Assembly (NCBI GenBank): GCA_002408485.1
Contig: DHSP01000029.1
Span: 1,977 to 65,976 of the forward strand
Direction: 5' to 3'
From: Proteiniphilum sp. UBA5283
Lineage (GTDB): Bacteria > Bacteroidota > Bacteroidia > Bacteroidales > Dysgonomonadaceae
DNA length: 64,000 nucleotides
Below are positions 61,063-64,000 of the stretch, one piece after another; position 1 is the first letter of the stretch, and each line of letters opens with the position of its first letter. Below the pieces are notes generated by a model, which saw nothing but the letters and a program-made list of their open reading frames with translations, was not told the DNA's origin and made no database searches. The position numbers and the translations under genes are program-made.

Positions 61063-63390
61063 TTACATTGCCCGGATGATCAATTCATCCAGAATGACAG
61101 CCGCTGTGAGCGCCTGTATGCTTATTTTTCTTTCTTTGGATGATGGCGGGAGGGTGATGGAGCGGAGTGCTTGGTTTCGCAGTACATTGTTTTTCCACTC
61201 TTCGCTCCGGCCATAGGTTTCGTAACTGATGTAGCACGGTTTTTCGCCTTCAATATCCACCTTCACTTCCAGCCTCTCATTGCCGGCAGGATGGGTGGGT
61301 ACAAACGCCAATGTTACCGTCAGTGCTTCGGAGGAGCGGGGAAGTGTGGCACTAAAGGCGTCTCCTTCCTGCAGAGCCAACGCTTCGCGACTGTAACCCA
61401 GCTCTTTCACCATATAAGCACTGTTGCTGAACTCCCCATCGGAGGGAGATATTTTCCATTTTTTTTCCGATGGCTCGGGGAGAGGCAACGATATTTGGGT
61501 GGTATCGACTGGCATGAATACCGAAAGCTCCCTCGGCCTGCAATCCATCATATACCTCCATTTGCCATTCAGCATGCTGTTGTATCTCTCTGTCAAATTC
61601 AATATCTCATCAAACGCAACGGTGGAAACTCTCCACGCTGCTTTTCCATGGCGTGCGAGCTGTGCGCCCAGCATTTTGCGGTTCATGGCACAGAAGCTGA
61701 GCATGGGATACTCCACCAACTGAAACCAGTGAGCGCGACCGGGTTCATCAACCTGGAGAGACAACTGTTGAATCTCCTTTTCCAGCTTTTCACATGACTT
61801 TAACCGCTCTGTCACCTCACGGTCGCTCCACGGCAGATCTTTTACAATGTTGTATATCGGTTCGCTCCGCTCCTCGGTACGGGTATTGCCCAAAAACTCC
61901 GGCCGACGCTGATAGCTGAGTGCGTAGTATTCGTTCCAGAGTGGAACTAACTTACAGGCTGTTGTCTCCCCGAATTCTCTTGTCAACCAGCTTTTCAAGT
62001 GGACATTGCTGTCTCGGTTGTGCAGAATTTCCTTGTCCCACGCCAAATCCAGACAATACTCCAGCAGATATTCTGCCGGCTTAATATCCCCTACGTTAAA
62101 AATCCATATCTGTTGCACCTGATGATTGTAGGCACGTTCCAACTCCGTCCGGATTAAAGCAGGCGAAGTTGAAGCAAGCCATAAATAGTCATGAGGACGG
62201 CCCCAGTAAGAGATATGATAATACAAACCGTTGCCCCCTTTGCGTGCCTGTTCCAGCTCATTGGGCTGGGACCTCATATAGCCATAATTGTCGTCACACC
62301 ACATCAGGGTGACATCTTCCGGAACCTCCAATCCCGAACGGTATATATCCAGTACCTCCTTGTAAGGTATAAATACCTGGGGAACGCTTGCTGCATCGCT
62401 GTGTGCATATTTCCCAATCAAAGCCCGCTGGTCTTTAAATACACGTTCCAGGACCACCCGTTGTTCTTCAATTGTTTTGGCTCCCTGCATTTTGCCGTCG
62501 TGCACTCCTCTCATCCCGATGGTGAAATAGTTGTTAGAGCCGGCCACCTCTTTCACCCTCTCTTCCCAGAATTGGCATACGTTCTTCGAATTGTTCACAT
62601 AGTCGTAATCTCCTTTACCAGCCAGGGGCCATTCGACGGGGGTGCTGCGTTGTAACGGTTCACAGTGTGAGGTGCCGATGGTTATTCCGTAAAGATCGGC
62701 CATCTCCCGGTTCCCTTCCACAAAGTAGAAAGGGATGGTGACTTCATGCATGGCAGGCCAGAGAATGTTAGCCCTGAGTCGCAGCATTAGCTCAAAGACA
62801 GCCCGGTAAGTTTTGGGGCCCACTTCTCCTTCCCGGTCTGAAGGCTCATAATTTTTCCAACTCCAGGGATTGAACCCCCAGTCTTCATCGTTGATAAAAA
62901 TGCCCCGATAAAGCACCGCCGGTGCTTGTTCCGTTAGAAAGTCAGTCTTAATGACCCATTGCTCCCTCCTCTTCGGGGTGCTGTCGGCCCACCAAACCCA
63001 CGGAGAAACGCCCAGCATGCGCGAAAGCTCCATGATGCCGTATGCTGTGCCGTTGGCATCAGAGCCGGTTATACGAAGGTTTCCCTCTTTTGCTTCTATG
63101 CGGAATGCTTCGTGTCGGGAGGCAATGCTGTCTTTTGTTTCGTTGCTTTTCAGGGTGTGGATAATCAGTTTTCTATCTCCCTGTTTGTCACTCTTTTTCA
63201 GAGAAGCATCTAACACACTGTCCAGGTCACCCTCAAACATGGAGAGTGCTGTACGCACAACCGGCGCGGCATCCTGATCCAGTTCGTAGTAAATTGTTTC
63301 TCCTCTTTCGTACACAATATCCTGTGCTTTCGCCTGTGTGATTGACAGGATAAGGGATATGACGAGAATGGACCAACCGATTTTATTCAT
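61063..63390 (-). CDS. GH115 alpha-glucuronidase (second, divergent copy)
   Basis: Motifs GVSPWVWWAD, YRGIFINDEDWG, LWPAMH, GTSHCEP, GMRGVHD, DDNYGY, YYHISYWGRPHDYLW and NVGDIKPAE. Start is 63390 or 63399. Confidence 0.94.
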   Translation of the reverse strand: MNKIGWSILVISLILSITQAKAQDIVYERGETIYYELDQDAAPVVRTALSMFEGDLDSVLDASLKKSDKQGDRKLIIHTLKSNETKDSIASRHEAFRIEAKEGNLRITGSDANGTAYGIMELSRMLGVSPWVWWADSTPKRREQWVIKTDFLTEQAPAVLYRGIFINDEDWGFNPWSWKNYEPSDREGEVGPKTYRAVFELMLRLRANILWPAMHEVTIPFYFVEGNREMADLYGITIGTSHCEPLQRSTPVEWPLAGKGDYDYVNNSKNVCQFWEERVKEVAGSNNYFTIGMRGVHDGKMQGAKTIEEQRVVLERVFKDQRALIGKYAHSDAASVPQVFIPYKEVLDIYRSGLEVPEDVTLMWCDDNYGYMRSQPNELEQARKGGNGLYYHISYWGRPHDYLWLASTSPALIRTELERAYNHQVQQIWIFNVGDIKPAEYLLEYCLDLAWDKEILHNRDSNVHLKSWLTREFGETTACKLVPLWNEYYALSYQRRPEFLGNTRTEERSEPIYNIVKDLPWSDREVTERLKSCEKLEKEIQQLSLQVDEPGRAHWFQLVEYPMLSFCAMNRKMLGAQLARHGKAAWRVSTVAFDEILNLTERYNSMLNGKWRYMMDCRPRELSVFMPVDTTQISLPLPEPSEKKWKISPSDGEFSNSAYMVKELGYSREALALQEGDAFSATLPRSSEALTVTLAFVPTHPAGNERLEVKVDIEGEKPCYISYETYGRSEEWKNNVLRNQALRSITLPPSSKERKISIQALTAAVILDELIIRAM

Positions 63391-64000
63391 TGATTTCATT
63401 GAAATTTCGGCTTAATTTGAGTAGATCCAATTCCCTAAGTCCTTCAGCTACAAAGAGGGCTACCTGTCTGGCCCCTTTTTCCATCATATGTGTATTGTCT
63501 TTTACTCCTTCCGGTTTCACCGGGTCCATACCCGGTTCCACCCACCGATAGTAAGGTTTTGACGCCTCATCGCCCAACATGGTGATGAAATCACGGGTCC
63601 TGAGGTTGATGTCGATCAGGTCTACCTGGTGTTCCCTGGCTATTTTTCGCATGATTACCGGATACCCTTTCAGCCGGTCATCAACCAGGTTCCCGTTTAC
63701 AAAGGTACGCATCACCACGGAGGTGAGCAGGACAGGGATCGCTTTTTTCTGCCGCACCTCCCGTATCATCTTCAACAGGTTCTCTTCATACTGCTGATAG
63801 GAAGCATGTCGTTCCGGGCGTGTGGAGGAGTCGTTGTGTCCGAACTGGATCAGTACGATATCCCCGGCATCGGTTTCACTGAGCAGTCGTTCCCATCGTC
63901 CTTCGGCGATGAAGCTTTTGGTGCTTCTGCCCCCTATGGCGTGATTGACCACGGTGGTCTGGCTGTCGATGTAGAGGGGCAGCATCTGCCCCCATCCCCT
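63383..64000 (-). CDS. CE12/SGNH acetylesterase (rhamnogalacturonan acetylesterase family); 5' end lies outside the window
   Basis: The frame stays open to the window edge: RGWGQML, NHAIGGRSTKSF, IQFGHND and DNTH. Confidence 0.92.
   Translation of the reverse strand, partial: RGWGQMLPLYIDSQTTVVNHAIGGRSTKSFIAEGRWERLLSETDAGDIVLIQFGHNDSSTRPERHASYQQYEENLLKMIREVRQKKAIPVLLTSVVMRTFVNGNLVDDRLKGYPVIMRKIAREHQVDLIDINLRTRDFITMLGDEASKPYYRWVEPGMDPVKPEGVKDNTHMMEKGARQVALFVAEGLRELDLLKLSRNFNEINE

Overview
This 64-kb window is one continuous, very large xylan polysaccharide utilization locus (PUL) of a Bacteroidota genome. The Proteiniphilum/Petrimonas-like (Dysgonomonadaceae) assignment is an inference only. 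The locus runs off both window edges. It holds the canonical xus core (susC-susD-susC-susD-SGBP-GH10 with CBM4 insertions), followed by GH5, and an ~18-kb train of debranching enzymes (GH43 x2, GH8, GH115, CE6, GH31, GH97, GH95, GH3). An esterase-rich module has a third SusC/SusD pair, a hybrid two-component system (HTCS), GH43 x2, a GH9-like protein, three CE1-type esterases (one fused to a second alpha/beta hydrolase), GH3 and GH42. Two tandem LacI paralogues, a second GH115 and a partial CE12 follow. I saw no rRNA, tRNA, CRISPR array or mobile element. The most unusual signals are non-coding. (1) A ~55-90 nt hairpin element with a tandem GA/GA internal loop occurs four times, each 35-39 nt upstream of the start codon of an operon-internal gene. 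(2) An RTCCTCCT box lies exactly 48 bp upstream of three Bacteroidota -7 promoter boxes (candidate HTCS site). (3) A perfect 14-bp palindrome, TGTGTACGTACACA, has near-copies in the leader of the first xus susC (candidate operator for the twin LacI repressors). All family calls come from motif recognition by eye; no database search was run.
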